64,000 nt of DNA, from the NCBI GenBank assembly GCA_028534125.1, contig CM052817.1, positions 89,034,001-89,098,000 on the forward strand, in the 5' to 3' direction. The translations under genes and the position numbers were made by a program. The notes under the pieces were generated by a model that made no database searches, was not told the origin of the DNA, and saw nothing but the letters and a program-made list of their open reading frames with translations. This document shows positions 1-11,750 of this stretch, piece after piece. This DNA is from Lama glama. Lineage: Eukaryota. Each line of letters opens with the position of its first letter. The first letter of the stretch is position 1.

Positions 1-1
1 A

Positions 2-357
2 GCTTCTGAATTGTAGAGGATAAACTGGAAGCTCAGAATTGTCCCATGATCTCAGCATAAGAAAATTCTGAGTTTTATTCTCTGTGGCATTCAGTGAGAT
101 CAACTGCAAAAACTTCTGTCAACTTGTATCCTGGAATTGAGACAGGTTTTCTTGGATCTCTAATGAGATTTGTCGGGGAGATTCACAAAGGAGTTCTCTA
201 AGAGGGGCTGCCCTGTCTATAGGTATGTGAACTTTGGAGGGCTTCCTTGTTCTGATGAACCCAGAAGACTGGAGAGGGACTAAACATGTGTACTGAATTG
301 TTCCTAGTTCATATGTTTGAAATAATGCTGCTTCTCCTTGGCCTGTGTCCAGTGAGG
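2..357 (-). pseudogene. Candidate decayed coding exon of an unidentified gene
   Basis: Minus-strand acceptor cttcatttccataag at 358-359. The frame from 355 reads 78 codons (SLDTGQGEAALFQTYELG...QENLSQFQDTS), TGA at 119-121, then 39 more open codons to the window edge. No repeat recognised. Confidence 0.25.
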
Positions 358-737
358 CTTATGGAAATGAAGGTGGTTGAGGTCAGAGTTTGCAAAGTTA
401 ATCCACACAGACTCACAGGAGTAAAAATGATGTTTTATCTCCCATTTGCTTATTAATCATTGCCTCAGAAAGTCCAACAGCGTGATTTGCTTAAATAATA
501 GGCAACAATATTAATTTTTAATATTTACAATTAATAGTGAAAATTAAATAGTGACACTGGGTATTTTGAAGCCAATACACTAATTCAGAAAAGAAGGAGG
601 TTTTTATTAACTCTAGGGAAAATTTAATGATCAGTTGAGTAAGGTTGCCTTGGTCTTTTAGCAATTATTAGAAGAAAATCATTAAATAAAGATGTTGCTG
701 TTATCACTGTTAGGAAAACAATTAGAGAGCACCTAAC

Positions 738-913
738 CTCTTCCTCTCTCAAGTCTACATTACCATCCACATCTCCATCACATTCACTCTGAAACGTCTG
801 AGCCTGAACTGAAGACCATCCTTTGATTCTGTCTCAAGTCTTTGTTGCTGCAGTTTACTAGTTGAAGAACGTGGACTTTTTTCTTGTGAAAAAGTGTCAG
901 ATTTTTCAAAGGA
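738..913 (-). pseudogene. Candidate exon of an unidentified gene or lncRNA
   Basis: Acceptor atattttctttgtcag (914-915). Donors GAG|GTTAGG (exon end 738) or ATG|GTAATG (exon end 764, giving a 150-nt open exon SFEKSDTFSQEKSPRSSTSKLQQQRLETESKDG...). Confidence 0.3.
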
Positions 914-2164
914 CTGACAAAGAAAATATTGATTATAGGGCTTAAAATAGGTTGCTGCATAGGAAATGGTGGATAATTGTGTTCTGACTTCAAAAAAAAG
1001 AATTTCTATGTAACATTTTGTTCTGGAAATTCAAGTTCTTTTTTTCTTATATATTCTAAGGAATGAGAAAATTAAATACTTCTGTCTAGGAAGGATGATC
1101 TCTTTGTGGAGGCAACTATCTGAGAATGGATTTTATGGTTAATTTCACCATGTCATTGGACATGGATCAATGGGTGCACTTAGCATTAAAGAATCAGGAG
1201 GAAGAAAAGAGGCCTGTGATCTCCAGTTCTTTTATTAGCATGGTAATATGTGTGCGATCTATTGGACTTAACAGTGGGTTTTCCATTTCTAAGGATGAAT
1301 CCTGTTTCTCTTGTTGTTTTCTTTTCATGTAGAGTGAATATGAAAGCTATCCCAGTAGGAGAAAAAAATAGATTCCTTGGGTACCAGGCTTTTGAGGTTT
1401 AAGTACCAGATATTTACAGAAGATATCTGAAAACTAGATTCCCCTCATCTGGATAGTTGAGATTCCTCTAGCCAAGGGTATGACGTCTTCAGCATTTGGT
1501 GCAGTGTCTTCCCAAGAGGAAGGAATAAACCTCTGATTCCTCGGCAAACAAGTATATGCTCAGAATCATTTTTGGAAAATCCTGCTTGTCATACCACAAA
1601 GTTGTAACTCCTGATCTTCCTACAATATCATATCTATGAGCACTTATTACCTTTCTGAAAGAAGAAATACACATACACACACACACATATGTATATATAT
1701 GCTTTTGGGTGTTGTACCCTTTACATTAGCATCAATGTGCCTCATGGTGTGTTTCTGAAAAATGAAATGCTAAATATAAACATATTTGAAAATCTGTTAA
1801 AGGGCAGAACAAATGGCAATTATTTTAAGTTTATATGACTGGCTCTTTTAGAAGCAGACACCTGTCTTTTCTATACAAACTTTATGTTAGAGAAGTTGAT
1901 GTCAACATCTAGTCATACAAGATGACCAAATTCTGGAATATCATCAGAATACCCTGAAGGCTCTTGTCTATGAGTTAGACAACTGGCTGGTACTCTTGCC
2001 ATAGATGCATATCAAGAATATTTATTATAAAACTTATTCATAAAATCTCTAACTTTCAATATTGAAGCATCTAACTTGTGGCAAATTAATGTATTTCTTT
2101 GATGTGTATTATAATGAAATATAAAGAGACAGCATTGACTTGGGGGCAGGAAGACAATGATTGA

Positions 2165-2321
2165 CCACAATTCATTGCAGGAGCTTTTCTAAAAATCACA
2201 ATTTTCTAGCTCCAAATTCAGACTTACTGAGCCATAATCTCTAGGAGGCAGACCTGGGATATCTGTCTCTTTATGAAGATTTTCCATTGAGTTGATGACT
2301 GCTTATGCGTTGAAAGTACTG
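2165..2321. mobile_element. MER5-like hAT-Charlie MITE, degraded
   Basis: Resembles the MER5 core (gagcttttctaaaaatcaca...ttcagacttactgagcc...) and terminus gttgaaagtactg. Confidence 0.45.
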
Positions 2322-4059
2322 AATGAGATCACCAAAGATTCTCCCGACTCAACATCTCTGACTTAGCCTACTTTTCGTGCAAACCATACAACCCCACAGA
2401 GAACTTTCTTCAAATGAAATAACACTCAGAATCTCATGTTATTAAAAATACATGAGAAATTTTTTTCTGGTCAAAGGGAGTTGGAGTAGTGGCCTTGTTC
2501 CACTATCAGTTTGTGTCTCTGATGCATTCAGAGAAAAGGGCACTCTGCCAGTATGCCTAAGACAAAATCCATTTTTAAATTTAGTTTCTAAGATCTGTCC
2601 TTAAGTGTGTAAACAAAGGTGGTTAGTGGTGGGATCAGAATTACGTGATTTCTGATTCTACAGTCTTTCTGCTGAACCAAATGAAAAGGGTAAAATCCTA
2701 GTGTATTAAGGTTAGTCATTAATACTAACACTAAGCTGTTTGGAAAATAAAAAAACACACTCAATATATCATGCATTCTTTTTCAAAACTAAGCAACAGA
2801 TAAAGGCAGATTAGACTAATGGGAGACTAATTTTTTTTATTCAAAGGAAAATACAGAAAGGGTTTGTCCACTAACTCTTCATTCTTGCAATTAGATTGTA
2901 TTATTTTTACATCCATATATCCTTTTAATTGGTACTTTAAATATCTTACCTTCTTAATAAGTAAGTCACAGTGTATTGTATCAGATTTAATTTTTTTAAA
3001 TCAATGAATGTGTGCTTTGGTATTTTTCATCACCATGCTTCATTGATTACAGATAAAATTTATATCACATTCTAGTCCTTTTTTTCCTCATTTTTAACAT
3101 TTGTCTTTTAATCTTGACATAATATCTGAAATAAATATAAAATATACTAAGAATAGTCATGATATAATTGTACATTTCTATTATAATTATATATATAATG
3201 ATATAATTCTTCAGTGATGTATACATTAGTAGAGAAATCTCCCATGTTTTCCAAATGTAGTATGAAAAATTATTTATTTATTACTGGAGTATATTCTGGT
3301 AGAAGTAGCAAAGACAGGACTCCTGTATTTTAAAAAATTCTTCATTACTTAGGGCAGAATGAAATATTCAAAGCATAGAAAGATAACCCTCCAAATGGTC
3401 TGGAAACTATTAAATTATCAAGTGAAAGGTTATTATTATTGAAAACCTATATATTAAAAGAATGTTTGGCTACATATTAAAAGAATGTTAAAAATTTCCA
3501 AATTTGGTATTGCAAAGTTTCAAAAGACCAGGAGTGACTAGTTATCTTCAATCTGGTGATAGTGTTTATTCCCATTCATGTAAAACCTGAAACTCAATAA
3601 CTTCTCACCTGAAAATATAATGAAATATCCCTTTACATTAAATTGGAATACAAGCAGTGGAATAATTTTATTATAAGTAAGAAGTCTTCATTTTTCTTTC
3701 AGATATTTTGTGTTTGATTTAGGGAGTATTCTAATTTAGCCATTTAATCAAAAGTTCTTCAATTGAATGATTTTACATATTGTGTGAAAACAAAAGATAA
3801 ATGAGTGTTTGTTTCCCTCTTTTCTGTGGCAGTGACATATTGAAAGGAACTCACATAACCTTGAATTGTAGGAAATATATCTCAGTATTATTCTTAAATC
3901 AACTTCAGTGAGATCATTTTGAATTCTGTTAGGATGTCTTTTCTTGATTATTAATGAATACCTAAGTCAATGATTGTTATAATAGTCTTTAAATAATGTA
4001 ACTTGTTTGTTCTGGTAATCATTTTTTATGACAAAAATAGTAAATGTTCAAGAAGACCA

Positions 4060-4566
4060 TTAGAATTGGACATTTATTTTCAACCTGTTTAACCTAGGAA
4101 AACATAAGACAGAATCCCTTATTCTTTCTACTACTTGGATAAAGCTGCCGTCATTTGGGGGGAGATGACAAACCTCATTTAACAGGTCCTTTTCCGCCAG
4201 ATGTATCTCAAAGAATAACCCCAAATTAGCAGAAACCACTGTAGTCTCATATTCAGTTTGGTATTGCTCAAACAGTATATGTATCACTGCTCAGGTGTCT
4301 CTCCACCTCATGGTGACACGTGGGGAGAACTGCCAGATACCGGTTGAACTGACTGTATTGTTTTCCCTAAAAATTCTGTGGTTGGGACTTGACTTTTGTG
4401 GATCATGCAGTGAATTTGGCTCCTTTTGTCTCTCACATTACCTTCCCCTTATAGGGAGTCTGGTTCCAGTCCCCAAGGGCTGAGGTGCAAATTTCTTGTC
4501 TGCTACTAGTCTGTGCCTCATGCTGTCTCTTATTGAACAGTCTGCCCTAGTGTCTTCTTTCCTCTT
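4060..4566 (-). pseudogene. Stop-poor reading frame, candidate decayed coding segment
   Basis: One minus frame gives 42+48+76 sense codons broken only by TAA (4438-4440) and TGA (4291-4293). Possible donor GAG|GTTTGT with exon end at 4174. Confidence 0.25.
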
Positions 4567-4599
4567 CTAACCATTGTCTTTGTAGGTTATGTCTTTGTA

Positions 4600-4991
4600 G
4601 GTCTAATATGCTGCCTAGATCCTCCTTCAAGTACAAAGGACTTATTATCCAGGTACTGGGTACTACAGGCTGATGGAATTCAACCATCAGCCTGCTTTAG
4701 GCTTTGCCTTGACTGAAGAGCATCATCTATCCTTCTTGGGACAGTCCAAATTCATGACTGATACATAGGTGAACATGGTTATAAAGACTTTGCCTCCTGT
4801 CTCAATACTGAATAAATGTGAAGGGACATTTCAGCCTTTCCTGACACAGCATCACGTATCAACATTTTTTTCTTTCATCAGTCTTGTTTCCTCCTCTTCC
4901 TATCCATAGATGTTTAACCAAAGAGCATTCTCTAACATGCATTCTAAATCCTAATATCTCAGATTTACTACCAGGCAAACCCAACTTGAAT
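4600..4991 (+). mobile_element. LTR16-family ERVL solo LTR, old
   Basis: The 3' part (cagtcttgtttcctcctcttcctatccatagatg...aagagcattctctaa...atctcaga...aaacccaacttg) matches the LTR16 3' end pattern. Confidence 0.7.
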
Positions 4992-6454
4992 TACTCCCAA
5001 AGACTCAAAAAGCAGTGTTTTTAACTCCTTTATTCTGTGGTATAACCCTGGTACCTAGAGAACTGGTTATAAATAAGTCTTCTTACATCTGCTCCAATGA
5101 AGTCTAGAGGCTCTTACATCAGTGGTGTCAATAGGTTATGTAGGCAGACTAAACTCCACAATGCATGTGAGATGAAATAGGACAGAATAATATCCCCCTT
5201 GTATACCATAAGAGCAGAGATTTTATATAAATTTTAACTCTTTATAATGTATGACAATGAATTTTCCGTGAAATACTAAATTAAAACAGCTCTTCCCCAA
5301 TAGAATTTCCACATGTAAAAAAGGAATATTATTTTTTATAATAGGATCTCAACTATAAATATTTGTGTTCTCATATGACTACAGTTAAATTAATCGGAAA
5401 CAGAAATTTGGTAGCCAACTTAATAAAGAGCGGTAAAGCACAGGTAAACGTAGAAACTGAGGTTTATGTAACAAAGTTTTAAGGGAGGGAGATGTAATTT
5501 GTAAAATAATTATAGTAGTACCTACTACATTATTATTATTCTGAGAAATAAATAGGCATATATTGTCAAAATTCTTAGGTGAATTCTAGCCTAGATTGAA
5601 CTTTTGGGTGTTGTTATACTTAAAAAATATTTATTCCTATAGAAAATTATTCTTATCTTCCCAATGATTTCTACAAAAGAGTTGATGAGGGATCGCCAGC
5701 AAGATGGAACAGTGCTCTCCTAGGAAATATTTATGCATCTAGTTAAAAACCCAGGACCTATTCTCCTGCCTTTCCTACTTCTGACAGAGAGTTCCCATTA
5801 TGGTTGAAAATTCGTTTAAATTAGTCAAGATCCCTTTGAGGATGATAGGGAGTGGTTCAGATATTTAAAATGCTTAATACATTTTCCCCATTAGGCAAGC
5901 TACAAAAATGTTCCCTTAATAGGACTAGATCCCAGTAGACAATCCATAAAAAGACTATAACATTCTCTACATCGTCTCTTCCACAATGGAGTTTTCAGTT
6001 TCAATTGACATGTGGCTGGGTTCAGTGAGTTGAATAGTTTGAATCATTAGGTTTCAAAGATTCTGTTACTCTAAACCTAGAGACTATGAATAAATAAATT
6101 CAAGGTAGGTAGGTATTAGTTACTATGGATGTACATGGTTTAAATTGTACATTTTTGTAAGCCATATTTGCTACTATGTGCTTTAGACGCAAATATCAAG
6201 TTTGTTTGCTTTTAGCTATGGTGCATTAATATCTTTATACCAGAAGAACTACTCCCTAATTGATCCTAATATTTGTTTCTTCTCCTACATCCAGATTTAT
6301 CATATAGCATATATGGATCTATGGGTTGCTATTTCTAAGACATTACTATCTGCTGTATAAGCTGTTTGTGGGGGAATGTATCTAAATCAATGCTCTAATA
6401 ATAAAATATTATTTCTGTCACTCTTATAGTGATAAGGATAAAATTAACTCACTT

Positions 6455-6938
6455 TAGCCATAAAATAGCCATAAAGTTATATTCCATATCACACATGCTT
6501 TTTTTTTTTTTAATGTCACCTCTTCACTCTACATCAAGTGTTGAAATCCAATTCCTTCCTTTTGGCAGGCCTTGTGACTTCTTTGACCAGTAACATATGG
6601 TAGAAGTGATGGTATGAGACTGCCAAGGCTAGATCACTGCTTCTATCATCTGGTTCTCCAAGGATTTTTGCTATGGGGGAAGGTAGCTGCCCTGTATAAA
6701 GTCTGACTCTTCTGAGAACAACATGCTGACTGTGCTACATATAGCAGTCAGTAGCCATTATCAACTTCCAGCCCTGAGAAAGACTGAGCCAAGTTTGATA
6801 TCCAGTTCTTCTTGAGCCTGTGGGTGATTTGAGACCTTTCCAAATCTGTGCCCCACAAAATCATGAGCAATACAAAATGATTATTTGAAGCACTTAGTTT
6901 TGGGGGCAATTATTTATACACCACTAGTAACCAGAGTA
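6455..6938 (+). mobile_element. MLT1H-like MaLR solo LTR
   Basis: Contains ccttgtgacttctttgaccagtaacatatggtagaagtgat...gccaaggctagatca, and ends ttagttttgggggcaattatttatacaccactagtaaccag. Confidence 0.75.
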
Positions 6939-8099
6939 GTCTCCCATCAAATAGCCTTCTACTAGTGAATTATATGGTTTATTTCTCTTGGAAGTTTCCT
7001 CAATATAACATGTCTAAGATACTATTACCACTTTGCGAAGTCTGCTATATGTGAATTTAACAAATTACTGTTAAGTTGTCAGATCACTAATACTTTTAAA
7101 GTACACATATGGGCTTGACACCACCATTCCTGTGCAAATGAATGAGCCAGGGTCTCCAAGCCACACCTGGCACTGTAGGCTGTGACCAGAAGAATGGTGG
7201 TGAAAGGTTTTAGAATTGGCCATGAGTAATAATGCAGAGAGGCTTGGCACTACTGGACTAGTCATTGACAGACTACCTGCAGTGTGCTCTAAGACCCAAA
7301 ATATATTTAGTTCCCTAAATTTTGTAGGATAGAGCAAGTGATGGAAGGCAGGAATCTACACTTAGCTCAGCCTCTACTATCAAGACACAGTCCCATCTAA
7401 TTTACTGAGGTGCCACAAAACTGACACTTGTCAAGTGACAATTTCAACCTTGGTTCCTTAGGGCACTGTGGCATCCTAAGAAATCACCTGTCATATTTTT
7501 CAGTACCTCCCCTCAACAAAGTTTGACTGCCTAAGTAAACCAGAATTTCCAAATAGTTCATAGTCTTAGTTACTGTCTTCTTTAGCTGAGGGAGATACTT
7601 TATATGTAGTACTGTAGTACTTTTTCAGGAATACTTTTGCACTGTAATATCATGGAATACAATAATTCTAGATTTTATCATAGTGCCATTAACTAATTTG
7701 TAATAAATTTTGTTAAAGAATTTATTTCAAACAGGACAAGTTTCATAGAATTTTCATTTAGATATATGATCTGGAAACTTCCCTCAGTGAACTTTTTCTT
7801 TTAAAGAACCCAACCGTAGAACTAGAACTTATTACTCGATTGCATAGATTTCCTTCTAATACTATTTTATTTGATTCAGAATAAAAGCAAAATCCTTAAA
7901 ATAGCTTGATAAATAGTGTGGCTTGTAGCTGTTTCTCAGACTCCATCATTAAAAAAAAAATCCCCCTTTGAAAGAATATATATGAAATAATGATTATTGC
8001 TTCATCTTTAGCTTGAGTCAAGAATTTTAAAAAGTGAATTCCATCAGTACAAAAAAAACTGTGTAATTGTTTAATCATGCTCCATGTAATATTTTAAAA

Positions 8100-8435
8100 T
8101 ATAGAAATAAATGAATTAAAATCATTACAATGAATTAGAGCTATAACTCTGAGGATATTCATAATATATTTTGTATGTGGAAAGCATAATGCAGGAGAGT
8201 ATAGAAGATTGGTTCCATTATTATAAATCAAAAAAAAGTTCCATTTACATAAAGTACTATTTATGAGTACACACACACACTTAAATTTATGCATAAATGA
8301 ATAGTCAAAATATGTTAATAGTGATAGTAGTTGGTAATTCTCAGAGTAGGAAATTTTGATGGAAATTTTTCTACATTTTCTGGTTGTATTTGAGTTTTCT
8401 AGAATAAACATTATTTATGTAATCATAAAATAATA
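8100..8435 (+). mobile_element. Old L1ME-type 3' UTR fragment
   Basis: Degraded L1ME 3'-end motifs (gatattcataatatatt...ttccatt...aaaatatgttaatagtg...ttatgtaatcataaaa). Confidence 0.5.
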
Positions 8436-8469
8436 ATATTATTTTATTATTTAAATCATTGGGACACTT

Positions 8470-10650
8470 GCTTATCATGAAAATAGAGTAACAGGTACAG
8501 ATTTACTTTTCTGCCTGAAAAAAAAAACCCCACAGCTCTCAAAAAAAGCAAAATTCATTAAAGAATGCTTCTCAACACACTGGACATCAAGTAATGGAAG
8601 ACAGTGATTTCTTAGAGATGGGAAAACACAAGGTGAGATCTACAATTGCTCCAGCTTCCTGATTTGACAGTTCCCAGGAAGCAGTGCAGAATGGGGGCCT
8701 TAGCAGAGTCCAGCTGACTCTCTTGGTTGTGGAGATGAAGCTTAAAGTCTGGCGAGACCAAGATAGTGAAGGTTCTCAGGGGAGAGTTCTAGAGAGGAGA
8801 GAACTGCAAAGAGAGAATCAGATTTAAAGATGGTCCTCTGAATTTTCAATGCAGTACTGCTCAGCCTATACCTGTGAAGAAACTACCGGAGTCTGGGGAA
8901 ATAACCACACAAGAGGATTAGACATAACAGTAACTGTTGCTCACACATATTCAAGAACATCGTCTGTCCTCACAAGCAAGATTGAAAAGTGTACTCCTAT
9001 GGAATGAATGTGTTTCCCCAAAATTCATACACTGAAATCCTAACTCCCAATGTAATGGTATTTGGAAATGGGGACTTTGGGAATTAATTATGGTTAGATG
9101 AGTCCATAAAGATAGGACTAGAAACTGATTAAATTAGTGCCCTCATAAGAAGAGACACCAGAGAGCTTGCCCTCTTTCTCACTTCTGCCACAACAAGAAG
9201 GTGACCATCTGTGAGATAGAAAGAGGGCCCTTTACGAGTGTCTGATCATACTAGCACCTTGATCATGGGCTTCCAGCCTCCAGTACTGTGACAAAATAAA
9301 TTTCTGTTGTTTGAGCACCCAGTCTATGGTATTTTGTTATGGCAACATGAGCAAACTAAAGTATTTCCTAATGACTGAAGTATTAGTTAGGGTACTCAGA
9401 AAGACCTTTCCTCAGAAGTCAGAAGTCAGAAATAATTAGCCCTAGAATGAGTAAGGCTATTGTTCTATGTAAAAAAAATCTTAAAAAACAAGATACGAAA
9501 GACCAAAAACAAAACTAATTAATTTAATTTCATACCAGAAGAAAGTTATAAAATACCTATATGAATACAAAAAAAAAAAAAAAAACCAAACAACAACACT
9601 CTAGCAGCCCACAAGGGAAAATTTACAATGTCTGGAACCACATCAATAATTATCAAGCTTGCAAAAAAGCAAAGATATACAGCCCATAATAAAGAGAAAA
9701 ATCAATCAATCAAAACCAAGTCTAATATTTATCAAGATAGATCATATTCTGGTACATAAAAATGTCTCAAAAATTTTAAAGGATTTAAGTCATACAAAAT
9801 ATGTTCTCATTTACAATGAAATTAAATTAGAAGTAATTAATAGAAATATTAACTATCTGAAAACTAGCACACTTACAAATAATCTGTGGCACAAAGAAAA
9901 ATTCAAATGAGAACTCAATGTTCAATAAATATAAGTTTGTGTGATGCCACTTATGCCGTGCTTAGTGGAAAATTTCTAACCCTATACATTAAGTTTTAAA
10001 TAGAGAAAAAGTCTCAAATCAAGAAATCAGAAAAAGAAGAGCAAATTAAACACAAAGTAGTCAAAAAAAGAAACTAATAAAGTCCAAAGCAGAAAGTGAT
10101 GCAAAACAAAGCAGAAAATAATGAAAATCAATGAAACCAAAGCTAATTATTTGAAAAAAAAAATAGTATTGAGAATCTTTAGCAAGACTTATGAGAAAAA
10201 GTACTCAAATAACCCATATTTAAGAATGAGAGAGATGACAACACCATAGGTTATGCAGACAATGAAAACATAATAAGTAAATATTAGGAACAACTTTATG
10301 TCAATAAATTTAAAGATGTTAATAAAATCTGCAGATTCCTTGAAAGACAGAAAACTTCTAAATTTCACTCAAGAAAAAAGAGATAACCTGAATAAATATG
10401 AGAAATATTTGAAGTTGTAGGTAAAAACTTCCCCATAAGAAATCTCCAGGGACAATTGGCTTCATTGGTGAAGTCTAACACAATTTTGAAGAATAAATAT
10501 TACCAATTCTATAAAAATAATTAGAAATTCAGAGAGGATGAAATACTTCTCAATTTAAGAAAGCAGCATTACCACAATGCCCAAAGCAAGCAAAGACATT
10601 ACCAGGAAAGAAAACAAGAGGCATATATCCCTTATGATTGCTGAGAAAAA
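8470..10650 (+). mobile_element. Old L1M fragment: 5' UTR joined to ORF2 endonuclease-end/linker region, interrupted by MLT1A
   Basis: ORF 9659-9910 carries IKIDHILVHK...NEIKLEVIN, matching L1 ORF2 (KIDHILGHK...NGIKLEIN). A PG-DGF-GE-like segment lies near 10445. L1M-type 5' UTR spans 8470-9700. Confidence 0.85.
8995..9363 (+). mobile_element. MLT1A/MLT1A0 MaLR solo LTR nested in an L1 5' UTR
   Basis: Runs from tcctatggaatgaatgtgtttccccaaaattcata to aataaatttctgttgtttgagcacccagtctatggtattttgttatggca. Confidence 0.9.
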
Positions 10651-10841
10651 AATGTTAATTGTATCATTTTTATATAATAATTATATGGTATAATATAATT
10701 TATGATAATGATTTGAAATATTAATAATAATGTTGTTCTCAAGCATTCATAGAATTTTGCATTAATGTAGACATCTGAACCACAATATATTATGTAGATT
10801 TCAGGCAAAGAGGTGGGGTAAAGAATAGGAAAGATACGATG

Positions 10842-11367
10842 TGTGATGGTTAATTTTATGTGTCAGTTTGGCTAGGCTATGGTACCCATTGCTTGGTCAA
10901 ACTCTAGATGTTGTTATGAAGTTATTTTGAAATATGATTAACATTTACAATCAGTAGATTATAAGTAAAGCAGATTACTCTTCATAATGTGGATGAGCCC
11001 CTTCCAATGAGTTGAAGGTCTTAAGAGTAACATTAACACTTACCTGGTTTTTAGCTGGTGAACTTGCTCTACAGAATTTATGTATTTATTTATTTATTTT
11101 TAAATTTTTTGGGGGGGAGGTAACTAGGTTTGTTTGTTTCTTTGTTTATATTATGGGGGGTACTGGAAATTGAGCCTAGGCTCTCATGGATGCTAAGCTA
11201 TACCCTCCCCTCCAGATTTTAGACTTGATAATTCCCACAGTTGTGTGAGACATTACCTTAAAATAAAACTCTCTGTATCTGTTTGTCTGTCTATCTATCT
11301 ATCTATCTATCCATTCATCCACCTACCTATTGCATTTCTTTTGCTCTGGAGAATCCTGACTAAGACA
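10842..11367 (+). mobile_element. MLT2D/MLT2B-like ERVL solo LTR containing a SINE insertion
   Basis: TG...CA ends: tgtgatggttaattttatgtgtcagtttggctaggctatggtaccc ... ctggagaatcctgactaagaca, with an internal (TCTA)n tract typical of MLT2. Confidence 0.9.
11080..11210 (-). mobile_element. tRNA-Ala-derived camelid SINE (Vic-1 type), internally deleted
   Basis: Minus strand reads GGGGAGGGTATAGCTTAGCATCCATGAGAGCCTAGGCTCAATTTCCAGTACCCCC...AAACCTAGTTACCTCCCCC plus an A-rich tail. Degenerate TSD tacagaattt (11070-11079) / tccagatttt (11211-11220), 8/10. Confidence 0.85.
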
Positions 11368-11500
11368 CTGTTTCTTTCTTTGTGATCTGTGTATTTAAAA
11401 TAAATTAGATTCTTAAATATCTTTCATCCTAGATATAATAATACTTCATTAAAATAATCACTGGTATACATTAGGAAAGACAAAGATAAATTATTCTTAC

Positions 11501-11750
11501 CGCTGGAGACAAAGAGAAGAGATGATTAAAACAATTACCATGTCACATCCCATGGCAACAGATTATGTATACCAGCACCTCACCAGAGTTTGCAGTTTAT
11601 CAAGGCCAGCTACCATTCAGAAATGAGTGTTTTGCCACTCCATTACTACAGAAGACATTGCAAATCTGTTCACCTGGAATATATGTGAGTCTAGGACTGA
11701 AGACCTCAAGCAATTGTAATCAGAGATTGAAACCATTACTACACCAAGAA
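11501..11750 (-). other. Candidate 250-nt exon (non-coding or decayed)
   Basis: Strong acceptor ctctgcttttccccag (11751-11752) and donor GCG|GTAAGA (11499-11500) in unique sequence. All three frames contain stops. Confidence 0.3.

Noticed and set aside
3447..3489. 20-bp near-perfect direct repeat (cta[t/c]atattaaaagaatgtt)
   Set aside because: Ordinary slippage duplication in AT-rich DNA, with similar trivial cases near 32662-32697 and 35983-36037.
11150..11210. tRNA-Ala gene
   Set aside because: The D-arm is deleted and it is followed by a SINE body, A-rich tail and TSD.
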